Notes: generated from the letters alone by a model not told the origin. Shown: positions 50,606-60,059, counted from the stretch's first letter. The stretch is DNA of 64,000 bases from Candidatus Caccocola faecigallinarum (GCA_018712745.1 DVGL01000027.1:66929-130928), one strand, 5' to 3'. Made by a program: numbers and translations.

Positions 50606-51364
50606 ATGGACGATATTCGCGAAAAGGTAAGGCAGGCGTACACGGAGGCGATAACCTCCGTCTCGGACTGCTGCAGTATAAGCGACATGACCGGCGGCAA
50701 CTACGACGAGCGGACTCTGCGCGAGACTCAGGTACAGAGCTTCGGATGCGGCGACCCGGTGCGCGCCGCGCTGCTGAAAGAGGGCGAGCGAGTGCTCGAC
50801 CTCGGCAGCGGGGCCGGCATGGACCTAATACTCGCGGCGAGGAAAGTCGGCCCTTCGGGGCACGTCTACGGCCTCGACATGACGAAGGCGATGCTCGACA
50901 AGGCGCGCAAGAACATAGACAAGCTGAAGCTGCGCAACGTGACGCTGCTGCGCGGATACATCGAGGACATACCGCTGCACGACGGCGGCGTGGACGTGCT
51001 CATCTCGAACTGCGTGATAAACCTGTCGCCGGACAAGGACAGGGTGTTCGCGGAGGCCTTCCGCGTCCTCACGAGCGGCGGGCGCTTCTGCGTATCGGAC
51101 GTGGTGCTCAACAAGCCGGTCCCGGAAAAGCTCAAGCAGAGCCCTGCGGCGTGGTCCGGCTGAATAGCGGGCGCTCTTCCGTCGGAAGAGTACGCCGCGA
51201 AGCTGCGCCGCGCCGGCTTCGAGCAGGTGAACGTCACGATAACGAAGCCGCACGAGATAAACATAGAAGTGGTCAAAAGCACGGTGAACGACCTCACCGA
51301 CGAAGACATAGCCGCTATAGAGGGCGTCTCGTCGAGCGCGCTGATAACGGCGGTGAAGCCGTAA
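50606..51364 (+). CDS. arsM: arsenite methyltransferase-like selenoprotein, TGA at 51161-51163
   Basis: CC, SFGCGDP, VLDLGSGAG, SNCVINLSPDK, WSG-U-IAGAL at the conserved Cys position; frame continues to TAA 51364. Confidence 0.8.
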
Positions 51365-51476
51365 GCGTTGCTCGGCATAAATATTTCGGACAAACAGCAA
51401 AAGCCCCGCAAACGCGGGGCTTTTGTATATCTTCAATCAATGCAATATCTTTCGTGGTGCGGAACTTACCTAGCAG

Positions 51477-51671
51477 CTAGAAAAATACAGGAATAGTCAC
51501 ATATAACAATGCAAGCGCCGCAAGCCCAAGCGCAACGGCCATAACAGAGTACCATAGGATACCTGCGGCGGTTCTAATAAAAAAGATGGCGCTCGTTATG
51601 CGGAATTTCCACGTGCCGGGACGTCCGTACACTCCAAGAGACTTGAGGATAGGGTCGGAATCCTTGTCCAT
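51477..51671 (-). CDS. small membrane protein, AT-rich
   Basis: 64 aa with a hydrophobic C-terminal half. Confidence 0.45.
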   Translation of the reverse strand: MDKDSDPILKSLGVYGRPGTWKFRITSAIFFIRTAAGILWYSVMAVALGLAALALLYVTIPVFF

Positions 51672-51684
51672 ATTCCGCGCGGCG

Positions 51685-52353
51685 CTACTTCAGCGACGGC
51701 ATCGGCGGGACTTTGAGCTCGGGCACGGGGCCGACGACTTCCTTCGTCGCGTCGAGCTCGAGGTCGAAGAGCGCCTGCGTTATGCGCATTTGCAGAAGGT
51801 CGTCGGTCTCGTAGCTTATCGAGAAGCGTTTGTAGCCGAACTTCTCCGCGAAGAACGAAAGGTTCGAATTCTCGCGCCCCGCGGCGTTCTGGAAGGTTTT
51901 GTAGAGCGCCTCTATGAAGTCCGTTTCGTTGAAGAACGGGTCCTCGTCTACCAGCATGAGGACCTTGCACTCGTCCACAAGGACGTTTTCGCGCCATATA
52001 TCGCAGAGCGTCAGCCCCGCCATCAGCCCGGGGTATTTGTGCAGCAGACGCAGCACGGACTGTTCAAGCTGCTCCGAATAGGCGAAGACCATCGTGAAGC
52101 CCAGCTCTATCGAGCTGTTTCTCACGGGGTCAATGATGTTCTGGCGCGCCATCGTGCCGATGCTGCCGTTCTGAAAGCTCCTCATGTATAGAAACTCGCT
52201 CTTCATCTCGAGCGCGAGCCCGGCGAGGCCGCCGAGCGTCGGATTGCAGAGAGAGTTGACCGTGACCGGAGAGTAATCCTTGCCGTAAGGAACCCACGGC
52301 GCGATGTCGAGGTCTATGTTCTGATCCCAGTATGGAAGAACGGAATTAGCCAT
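51685..52353 (-). CDS. hypothetical protein
   Basis: 222 aa, AGGAGG RBS, typical codon usage. Confidence 0.75.
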   Translation of the reverse strand: MANSVLPYWDQNIDLDIAPWVPYGKDYSPVTVNSLCNPTLGGLAGLALEMKSEFLYMRSFQNGSIGTMARQNIIDPVRNSSIELGFTMVFAYSEQLEQSVLRLLHKYPGLMAGLTLCDIWRENVLVDECKVLMLVDEDPFFNETDFIEALYKTFQNAAGRENSNLSFFAEKFGYKRFSISYETDDLLQMRITQALFDLELDATKEVVGPVPELKVPPMPSLK

Positions 52354-52472
52354 TGCCGCAGCCTCCTTTTATAAACTTACGCCGATTATATCATCCGCGG
52401 CGCGCGCGGTAAATCGCGCGGCGGGCGGCGGCGCGCACGAAAAAAGCGCGCCGGAGCGCGCCGTTTCGTCCG

Positions 52473-53288
52473 TTATCTTTCCATGTGCCACTTCGCGAAA
52501 AGCTCCTCGACCGTCATCTCCTCGCGGATTCCGTAGCGCGTCAGCGCGAAGTCGTATTTCACGGGGTCGTCCAGAGAAACGTCCTTGAAGTTCCGCGTTA
52601 TCTCCGCCGCGGCCTTTCCGCTCGCGCTCTTCATAGAGCAGAGGCCGAGCGTCGATGATATGTTGAACATGTGCGTGTCGAGCGGTATCAGCAAATCGGC
52701 GGGAGAGACGTTGTGCCAGCCGCCCGGGTCAACGTCGTCGCGCCGCACCATCCAGCGCAGGAAAAGCGCCATGCGCTTGCAGGCGCTGCCCTTCGAAGGG
52801 CGCGGCAGCAAATACAGATTGTCCTGCCCCGTGTAGCGGCAGAAGGCGAGCGCGAGATTCTCCATCGCCTCGGCCATGTCGCCGCGCCAGCCCGCGAGGA
52901 ACAGATTTTCTATCGAGCCGTGTTCGCGCAGCGCCGCGCCTATCGCGTCGAGGAACGCGCAAATCTCCGCGCAGCCCGTGAAACGGTGGACGAAGCCGCA
53001 GAGCGCCGCCTCGTGGTCGCGGTAGGACGTGCTTTTCAGATACTCCGCGGGGTGAGGCCCGAGCGTATCGAGGACGCGCGAAACGCTCTTCAATATATGC
53101 GCGACGCGTCCGTAGGCGAGACCCGAGGCTATCAGCCCGACTACCTCACGGTCGACGGTATCTTCGTAATCGTATAAAAACTGCAGAGGGTCGGGCGAGA
53201 CGTACTCGCGCCTGTTGTAGTCCTCGTAAATCTTTTCAAATATGCCGCGGCTCGCAATGCGGGACTCGCGTGTTTCAAGCGGCTTCAC
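52473..53288 (-). CDS. TIGR02757/DUF2400 family protein
   Basis: DPLQF, SACKR..LFLRWMVR, PLDTH, DPVKYDFAL. Confidence 0.88.
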   Translation of the reverse strand: MKPLETRESRIASRGIFEKIYEDYNRREYVSPDPLQFLYDYEDTVDREVVGLIASGLAYGRVAHILKSVSRVLDTLGPHPAEYLKSTSYRDHEAALCGFVHRFTGCAEICAFLDAIGAALREHGSIENLFLAGWRGDMAEAMENLALAFCRYTGQDNLYLLPRPSKGSACKRMALFLRWMVRRDDVDPGGWHNVSPADLLIPLDTHMFNISSTLGLCSMKSASGKAAAEITRNFKDVSLDDPVKYDFALTRYGIREEMTVEELFAKWHMER

Positions 53289-53292
53289 GGCG

Positions 53293-53820
53293 TTACTTGA
53301 GCGCGTTGAAGCCGAAGGTCGGCGCGGTCTTGGGCGATTTACCCTTCTTCACGAGGTGATAGCCCGCGTAGGTCAGCGGCGCGGCCTCCTTGAACCACAG
53401 CGCGCTCTGCACCTCGCCGACGAAAAGCACGTGGCTCGGCATATCGAGCGTCCGGACGACCTTCGCGTCGAAGGCGGCTATCGACCAGTCCTTTATGAGC
53501 GGCGCGCCCGTCGGCCCCAGCTCGTACTGCACGTTGGCGAACTTGTCGATGTCGCGCCCGGACTTAAAGCCGAACTGTCCGATGAAGGTCATCGGCACAT
53601 CCTCTTCGAGCACCGCGACGGAGAAAATTCCGCTCTTCTGTATAAGCTCCGTCGTGAGGTTCGCCTTGTTGAGGCAGGTCGCCACGCAGAGCGGCTCAGA
53701 GGTTATCTGCATCACGGTGTTCGCTATCTGCCCGTTGAGCCGGCCGCCCTCCGCCGTGTTCACGATATACATGCCGTAGGTGAGAGAAAAAAGCGCCTTC
53801 ATGTCCAAAGTCTGTTCCAT
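53293..53820 (-). CDS. flavin reductase family protein
   Basis: LTYGMYIV, FGFKSGRDIDKF, H.LFVGEV. Confidence 0.88.
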   Translation of the reverse strand: MEQTLDMKALFSLTYGMYIVNTAEGGRLNGQIANTVMQITSEPLCVATCLNKANLTTELIQKSGIFSVAVLEEDVPMTFIGQFGFKSGRDIDKFANVQYELGPTGAPLIKDWSIAAFDAKVVRTLDMPSHVLFVGEVQSALWFKEAAPLTYAGYHLVKKGKSPKTAPTFGFNALK

Positions 53821-53890
53821 AATCCGCACCCCCCGGATAAAATTTGTGCGCGGCGTGCGCCGCGCACCTTGTCGCCGTATATTTGCGGTT

Positions 53891-54379
53891 TTATCTCGCC
53901 GCGAGCTCCTTGTCTATCATCGAGAGAGAAATCGGCGTCTCGCCGAGCTTCCTGAACTTCGTGAGGATCGCCGTCGCGGTCTCCTCCTCCTCGACCTGCT
54001 CGTTGACGAACCAGCCGAGCATCTCGCGCGTCGCGTGGTCCTTCATCGCCTCGGCCTGCTCGACGAGCCCGTAGATGAGCTGCGTGACCTTCTCCTCATG
54101 TCCGAGCGTCTGCTCGAAAACCTCGGTCGCGCTCTGCCAGTCCCTGCGCGGCTCGGCTATCGCGCCGAGCACAACGCGGCCGCCGCGCGCGGCGACGTAC
54201 TTGTAAAGCTTCATCGCGTGCTCCTGCTCCTCGCCCGCCTGCTTGCGCATCCAGTGGGCGCATCCGGGGAGGTCGTTGGCCTCGAACCACGCAGACATCG
54301 AGAGATAGAGGTAAGCGGACTCGAACTCCGCCTGAATCTGTCCGTTGAGAGCCTGTTCCATTTTCGCGTCGATTACCAT
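53891..54379 (-). CDS. ftnA: non-heme ferritin
   Basis: E..SAYLY, EE..HA, HE..VT, EQVEEE ferroxidase residues. Confidence 0.92.
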   Translation of the reverse strand: MVIDAKMEQALNGQIQAEFESAYLYLSMSAWFEANDLPGCAHWMRKQAGEEQEHAMKLYKYVAARGGRVVLGAIAEPRRDWQSATEVFEQTLGHEEKVTQLIYGLVEQAEAMKDHATREMLGWFVNEQVEEEETATAILTKFRKLGETPISLSMIDKELAAR

Positions 54380-54406
54380 ATTGATCACCTTTCTGCCGTT
54401 GATATT

Positions 54407-54425
54407 CTAAATCAAAATCATTATC
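54407..54425 (-). promoter_or_regulatory. Fur/PerR-family box upstream of ferritin
   Basis: GATAATGATTTTGATTTAG resembles GATAATGATAATCATTATC. Confidence 0.6.
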
Positions 54426-54649
54426 AATATCATAGCCCATTCCCCGCGAAAGTCAAGCGCAAACTGACCTTTACCATTATACTATGAAAGTTCGGATTTT
54501 CTCTAAGCCGCCGCGAAACGCCCGCGCTCCCGCGCGCGCCTTTCAGCATAAAAGCCGACGTCCGCGGCGCGCTTCAAGCTTTGACTGACGCCGTAATTGG
54601 GGTAAAATATTTGTGATCACTTAAATAACCGATTCCGGGAGGTGCCGGC

Positions 54650-55150
54650 GTGGAAATAAGACCGGTAACAATCGGCGATGCCGAGGCAATAGCTGAGATA
54701 AGAAGGCAGGACGGCGTGCGCGAAGGCGTGCTGGGCCTTTCGAGCGAGCGGGTTGCGGTGACTGAGGACTTCCTGCGCTCGTTCGGCGAAAGAGACAGAG
54801 GCTTCGTCGCCGTCGAAAACGGGGAAACCGTCGGCTTCGCCGTCATGCTCGCGAACAGGGAAGAGTGCCGCGCGCACAGCGGCTTCATAGCAGTCATGGT
54901 AGACAGCGGCCGCCAGCAGCGCGGCATAGGCGAAAAGCTCCTCTCGCGCATAACAGACTGCGCGGACAACGAGCTCTCGCTCCACCGCCTCGAGCTGCTC
55001 GTGCTCACCGACAACGAACAGGCGATAAAACTCTACAAGCGCCACGGCTTCGAAGTCGAGGCGACCAAACATCACGCCGCGGTCGTCAGAGGCCGCTTCG
55101 CAGACGAATACCTCATGGGCCGCCTGCGCGCGAAGGAGGCGGCGAAATGA
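54650..55150 (+). CDS. GNAT N-acetyltransferase (YhhY/AaaT-like)
   Basis: QQRGIG, N..AI.LY.R.GF. Confidence 0.88.
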   Translation: MEIRPVTIGDAEAIAEIRRQDGVREGVLGLSSERVAVTEDFLRSFGERDRGFVAVENGETVGFAVMLANREECRAHSGFIAVMVDSGRQQRGIGEKLLSRITDCADNELSLHRLELLVLTDNEQAIKLYKRHGFEVEATKHHAAVVRGRFADEYLMGRLRAKEAAK

Positions 55151-55650
55151 GAATACGTCCCGTAAAGCCCGAGGACGCGGCGGCGATCAACCGCATCAAC
55201 GAAAACGTCCAGACGCAGAACATATTCAGCAACATAGCGAGCCACCACTTCGACGACGCTGAAAAGCTCATCGCGAACCTCACGCAGTTCGACCACATGC
55301 TCGTGCTCGAGACCGAGACGCCGCCGCTCGAGCTCTGCGCCGCCGCGCTGCTGCGCGTCAACCCGCAGATATACCGCCGCCGCATGGCGACGCTGCGCAT
55401 AATCGTCGACAAGAAATGGCAGGGACAGGGGCTCGGCAAAGCGCTCGCCGCCGCCGCGACGGACCTCGCCGACAACGAGCTCATGATCGAGCGCGTTGAA
55501 GTCGAAATCCCGACCGACAACGTCGGCGCGCTCAAGCTCTGCAAATCCGCGGGCTTCCGCGTCGAGGGCGTCGCGCGCGACTGGCTGCGCACGCTCGACG
55601 GCAAATACGTCGACGCCTACCTCATGGCCCACTGCCGCGAAGCGAAGTAG
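55147..55650 (+). CDS. GNAT N-acetyltransferase paralog
   Basis: MRIRPV, QGQGLG; ATGA overlap with the previous gene. Confidence 0.85.
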   Translation: MRIRPVKPEDAAAINRINENVQTQNIFSNIASHHFDDAEKLIANLTQFDHMLVLETETPPLELCAAALLRVNPQIYRRRMATLRIIVDKKWQGQGLGKALAAAATDLADNELMIERVEVEIPTDNVGALKLCKSAGFRVEGVARDWLRTLDGKYVDAYLMAHCREAK

Positions 55651-55745
55651 CGCGCCGCGAAAACAAAAAAATTGGGGAGCCGAAAGGCTCCCCTTTTTTC
55701 GTGCGTTCTGCGCCGGGTCCAAAAATCCGCGCGGCCTCCGCTCCG

Positions 55746-56147
55746 TTACTGCTCGCCGCGCCGCTTTCCGCAGCTTCGGAAATAATCCGAAAGACACTTC
55801 TGATCCTTCGCGTAAGTAAAAACCTTGAACCGCTCCTCCGGCGTCATCGTCAGCATCATGCGGACGGTCGAAGCGATGGTCTCGTCCGTTCCGCTTGAGC
55901 ATAGATAAGGTTCGGCTTTTTCTTTCACGTCTTGTTCTTCACGGCCATTGTACTCAAGAATTTCATTCGGCGTACACTCGAGCAAATCAATCATTGAAAG
56001 CAGCATATTAAGTGAGGGCATACGACGCCCTGTCTCTATCTCTGAGATATAGCCGATAGAGACTGCGAGCTTTTTTGCAAAAGCGCCCTGCGTCCATCCC
56101 TTGGCAGACCTGCGATTCTTAATTACGTCTCCCAGCAAGATTTTCAC
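55746..56147 (-). CDS. XRE-family HTH regulator
   Basis: WTQ..FA..L.VS.GYISEIETG; divergent from the adhesin. Confidence 0.8.
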   Translation of the reverse strand: MKILLGDVIKNRRSAKGWTQGAFAKKLAVSIGYISEIETGRRMPSLNMLLSMIDLLECTPNEILEYNGREEQDVKEKAEPYLCSSGTDETIASTVRMMLTMTPEERFKVFTYAKDQKCLSDYFRSCGKRRGEQ

Positions 56148-56598
56148 CCCCACAAAGATAATAGTTGAAACGAAGTTCACCAATGCAATAGGCTTACAGA
56201 CATAGTTATTTCACAAATTACGCTTAAAATGATTGATTTTTAACAATAAGATAGATAAAATTTAACATAGACTACGTCTGAAAGTTGGGGTGATGGACGT
56301 GAATCATCTGCCCGCCGCTGTAACAGTCATGCCTTCCGGCAAAGCACGCCGTCCGTTTATGCGTTACGCAGATTTCGCGGACGACACGTAGCGCGCGCCC
56401 ACGGCGACAAGCCGCCGCGCCGACTCCGACCAAGCAGACCTTTCAAGAATAATCCGAACTAAACAGCATAAATGAAGAAATACGGCGCGAATGCTGCTGT
56501 TGGTGGTGTGCCTTTTGGGCGGCGCTAGCAGAGAAATTCATGCAGCAAAACAGAAAAACACGGTTAATGAGTGGCCGAGAAATTATAAAAGGAGAGAT

Positions 56599-58422
56599 AT
56601 GAAGATGGCTATAGTGGATGAAAGAAAGCAAAAATTTTTTAGAACTCTGGCTGTCTACGTACTTGTGCTCACATTCAGTGCATCGTTCGGAACAAAAATG
56701 TCATCGGCGGGGACAGCCATATCTGAAGATAGCACAGCCAATGCATCAGGCTATGAGAGTACTGCTGTAGGTGATTACGCAAATGCGTCAGGCGCATACG
56801 CAACCGCAAACGGATACAGCGCACAAGCCACTGCTGACAACAGCACTGCCGATGGCTCAATGGCTGTAGCCTCCGGCATCAGAAGCACCGCAGTCGGGAA
56901 TAATGCTCAGGCCATAGGACTCGAATCAACGTCAAACGGCAATAACGCCTTGGCTTCAAGAAACAACAGCACGGCTATTGGCAATGAAGCAAAGGCTACC
57001 GCTGACATAAGCACGGCAAGCGGCAGCGGCGCGCTCGCTTCTGGTTACGCAAGCACGGCGAACGGCAGTTATTCATATGCTTCCAATGACTACAGCACAG
57101 CAAACGGATATAGCGCACACGCGGCAGGAATCAGCAGCACTGCAAACGGAGCATTGGCAGTAGCGAAAGGGAAAGGCAGTACCGCCAACGGCCACAATGC
57201 GCAAGCGACTGCGGAAAATGCGACAGCAAACGGCAATAACGCGCAAGCTACAGCAGCAGGAAGTACTGCAAGCGGCAATGGCTCCCTAGCGTCAGGTTAT
57301 CAAAGCACAGCAGGCGGGTCGTCGGCCTACGCATCAGGCGCATACGCGACAGCAAACGGATACAGCGCGCATGCTACAGCTGACAACAGCACGGCAAACG
57401 GCAATATGGCTGTCGCTTCCGGCATCAGAAGCACATCCGTCGGAAATAATGCGCAGAGCATAGGGATTGAATCTACGGCAAACGGCTCACACGCTATTGC
57501 ATCGGGTAACAACAGCACTGCGCTCGGCAACAAGGCAAAAGCCACCGGAGGAATAAGCACAGCCAACGGCAACAGTTCGCTGGCTTCTGGGTATGGCAGT
57601 ACCGCAGTCGGTACTTATGCCTATGCTTCAAACAATTACAGCACGGCGAGTGGATACAGTGCACATGCCACCGGAATCAATAGTACTGCGAATGGAACAA
57701 TGGCAGTAGCTTCTGGTTTTGGCACCACGGCCAGCGGCAGTAATGCACAAGCCTCCGGTATCTATAGCACAGCCATAGGCGCTAACAGTAATGCAATAGC
57801 AGATCATTCAATAGCTATAGGCAATAATTCAATAGCCGATGAAGCACATACTGTATCATTCGGTAACGCCGACTATCAGCGCCGACTTACCAATATCGCA
57901 GACGGGCGCGTATACAGCGGAAGCACGGACGCTGTTACCGGCAATCAACTTTGGGACGTTTACCGCGAGATGGACGACCTGCGCGAGGACGTGAACGTGG
58001 TCGGAGCGCACGCGGCGGCGCTCTCGGGGCTTCACCCGATTCAGTATAACCCCTATGAGCCGACGACGCTTTCCGCCGCGGTGGGCGCGTACCGCGACGA
58101 GTACGCCGTGGCGGTCGGCGTTTTCCATTACACACGCGAGAACGTGATGTTCAACCTCGGCGCGTCGCTCTGCTCGGACGGCGACGTTATGGGGCGCGCT
58201 GGCGTGAGCTTCGCGGTCGGCAAGTCTTCGGACAAGAAGCCGCGCCTCGCCTCGACGATGGGCGGCCTGCAAAAGCAGGTTATCGACATGCAGGCGAAGC
58301 TCGACGGCCTCGAAGAGAAGAACGCGCGCAATGAGGAAATCATCAAACAGAACGCCGAGATAATGGCGCAGAACGAGAAGCTCATCCGCGAGCTGACGAG
58401 GCGGCTCGAAGCGAAGAATTAG
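56599..58422 (+). CDS. YadA-like trimeric autotransporter adhesin
   Basis: Signal peptide, 14-aa A.A.G..STA.G head repeats, neck VSFG, RRLTNIADG, TDAVTGNQL, YadA anchor, C-terminal coiled coil. Confidence 0.92.
   Translation: MKMAIVDERKQKFFRTLAVYVLVLTFSASFGTKMSSAGTAISEDSTANASGYESTAVGDYANASGAYATANGYSAQATADNSTADGSMAVASGIRSTAVGNNAQAIGLESTSNGNNALASRNNSTAIGNEAKATADISTASGSGALASGYASTANGSYSYASNDYSTANGYSAHAAGISSTANGALAVAKGKGSTANGHNAQATAENATANGNNAQATAAGSTASGNGSLASGYQSTAGGSSAYASGAYATANGYSAHATADNSTANGNMAVASGIRSTSVGNNAQSIGIESTANGSHAIASGNNSTALGNKAKATGGISTANGNSSLASGYGSTAVGTYAYASNNYSTASGYSAHATGINSTANGTMAVASGFGTTASGSNAQASGIYSTAIGANSNAIADHSIAIGNNSIADEAHTVSFGNADYQRRLTNIADGRVYSGSTDAVTGNQLWDVYREMDDLREDVNVVGAHAAALSGLHPIQYNPYEPTTLSAAVGAYRDEYAVAVGVFHYTRENVMFNLGASLCSDGDVMGRAGVSFAVGKSSDKKPRLASTMGGLQKQVIDMQAKLDGLEEKNARNEEIIKQNAEIMAQNEKLIRELTRRLEAKN
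56785..57720 (+). repeat. internal duplication in the adhesin head (offset 546 bp = 13 x 14 aa)
   Basis: ASGAYATANGYSA..TADNSTA.. block at 56785 recurs at 57331. Confidence 0.8.
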
Positions 58423-58430
58423 GGCAGTAC

Positions 58431-58528
58431 GCCGCGCCCCCGCGCGGGGCGCGTGAGTTGAAACGCTTACGTTGCGTTTTATTTGCGGAGACGCGCAGGG
58501 CGGAGGCTTCGGCCTCCGCTTTTTCTTT
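58431..58528 (+). CRISPR. solitary type I-C-like repeat + 35-nt spacer-like segment + terminator (not an array)
   Basis: GCCGCGCCCCCGCGCGGGGCGCGTGAGTTGAAAC, then GCTTACGTTGCG..., then GCGGAGGC-TTCG-GCCTCCGC-TTTTT. Confidence 0.65.
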
Positions 58529-58681
58529 CCCCGGCGCACGGCTATGATATAGAAAGAACAATAAGTAGGGACCACGTCTCTTTGCGGCAAAACGCGCCTT
58601 GCACATGGCGGCGGCAGGGATTTCTGAAGAGTTCGCCGACGCGAACTAACGCCGTTATAGTGACGGTAGCGGCGCGGCGTG

Positions 58682-58813
58682 TTACAATCCTCTCAGGTAG
58701 TCAAGTTGCCCGAGACGTTTGAGCAACAGCTCAATCAGTCTCAGAAGCAGGCTTAACAGAGGGACGTAACGGAGCACCTGGCGGGTGAAGTTGTGTCCCT
58801 CTTGTTTTGTCAT
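58682..58813 (-). CDS. 43-aa amphipathic peptide, putative type I toxin paralog B
   Basis: MTKQEGHNFTRQVLRYVPLLSLLLRLIELLLKRLGQLDYLRGL; homologous to the neighbouring peptide; no clear RBS. Confidence 0.5.
   Translation of the reverse strand: MTKQEGHNFTRQVLRYVPLLSLLLRLIELLLKRLGQLDYLRGL
58695..58810 (+). ncRNA. putative antisense RNA B
   Basis: GTGACG-17-TACAAT promoter (58660-58688); AGAGGGAC/GTCCCTCT stem followed by TGTTTTGT. Confidence 0.5.
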
Positions 58814-58885
58814 CGCGCTGAAGCATGACAACACAAGAACCGCGTCTCTTTGACGGTAGAGGCGCGGCGATGCTATAATCTTCAC

Positions 58886-59001
58886 AGGTTAAGTTAGAGT
58901 ATCTTCATTATCCTAAGTATAAGCTCTAGGACTTTGAGGAATACTTCTACGAGAGGGACGAGGGTAATAGCTTTGGCGAGCAGGCCTCGTCCCTTCTTTT
59001 T
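58886..59001 (+). ncRNA. putative antisense RNA A
   Basis: TTGACG-18-TATAAT with TG extension (58850-58879); stem AGGGACGAGG/CCTCGTCCCT followed by TCTTTTT. Confidence 0.6.
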
Positions 59002-59034
59002 ACCCTGAGAAGATCGCTTCATGCGTTCCCGCAT
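58894..59034 (-). CDS. 46-aa cationic hydrophobic peptide, putative type I toxin A
   Basis: GGAGGTGA RBS; MRERMKRSSQGKKKGRGLLAKAITLVPLVEVFLKVLELILRIMKIL; TATAAT at 59108-59113 on the minus strand. Confidence 0.7.
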   Translation of the reverse strand: MRERMKRSSQGKKKGRGLLAKAITLVPLVEVFLKVLELILRIMKIL

Positions 59035-59230
59035 TCGGTTCACCTCCCGCAAGGGAAAGACCTTCGCCTTTCAGGCCCCCATTCGCCTGAGAAGTCCGTC
59101 AAGAACTATTATACAATAGGATTGTATTATCCCATAACACATACATCGCGCGCCCGCCTCCGCTTTTTCTTTCCACGGAGCGCGGCTATAATAGCGGCAG
59201 CGGCGCGGGCCGTTCGGGGAGGATTTTTTT

Positions 59231-60013
59231 ATGGCGGACGCTTTTGTTGTTTCTGCTCCTGCTCTTGCTTTTGTCTGTTTTATGGTTTTTCTCGCGGGGT
59301 TCGTGGACGCCTCGGCGGGGGGCGGCGCGCTGATCGCTATTCCGGCTTATCTGTTCACGGGGATGCCGGCGCACTGCGCGCTCGGGAGCAACAAGCTTTC
59401 GAGCGCGTGCGGGACGACGCTCTCCGTCGTGAAGTTCTGGCGCAGCGGCGCGGTCGAGCCGCGGTCCGCGGCGATCGCCTTCGCGGCTTCGTTCGCGGGC
59501 TCGGCGCTCGGCGCGCATATCGCGCTGCTTTTGAGCGACGCGGCTATAAAGACGGCGCTGCTGGTGATTCTGCCCTGCGTCGCGCTCGTCGTGCTTTTCA
59601 AGCGCAATTTCGGCGAGGATGGCGGCGCGCGGGAGATTTCCAAGCGGCGGGCTGCTCTGCTGTCGGCGGTCATCGGCCTGCTCATCGGCGGCTACGACGG
59701 CCTTTTCGGCCCCGGCACCGGGACTTTCGCGATTATCGCGTTTTCGATGCTGCTCGGCCTCGACCTGAAAACCTCGTCGGGCAACGCGAAGATTCTCAAC
59801 GTAGCCTCGAACTACGCATCGCTCATCACGTTCATCTGCGCTGACGCCGTCATCTTCTCTATCGCGATTCCCGCGGCGCTCTGCAACATGGCGGGAAATT
59901 ATCTCGGCTCGCGCTGCGCTCTGACGAAGGGCGCGCGCTTCATCAGGCCGATGATGCTCTGCGTGCTCGCGATGCTTATGCTGAAAATCGTCTGGGACGT
60001 GGTTCACGGCTAG
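59231..60013 (+). CDS. TauE/SafE (TSUP) family transporter
   Basis: AGFVDASAGGG, GGYDGLFGPGTG. Confidence 0.9.
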   Translation: MADAFVVSAPALAFVCFMVFLAGFVDASAGGGALIAIPAYLFTGMPAHCALGSNKLSSACGTTLSVVKFWRSGAVEPRSAAIAFAASFAGSALGAHIALLLSDAAIKTALLVILPCVALVVLFKRNFGEDGGAREISKRRAALLSAVIGLLIGGYDGLFGPGTGTFAIIAFSMLLGLDLKTSSGNAKILNVASNYASLITFICADAVIFSIAIPAALCNMAGNYLGSRCALTKGARFIRPMMLCVLAMLMLKIVWDVVHG

Positions 60014-60059
60014 CGGGCCGCGCGCTTGACACGTCGGGCGCGCGGTGATAATTTAATCG

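Noticed and set aside
56290-56470. c-di-GMP riboswitch or ~30-aa uORF upstream of the adhesin
   Set aside because: GGCAAA is present, but the GAAA-capped P2 and the GCAAAG junction are missing; the short ORF has no supporting features.
26340-58530. A true CRISPR array or cas locus
   Set aside because: Only two isolated repeat-like units 32 kb apart; no tandem repeats and no cas genes in the window.
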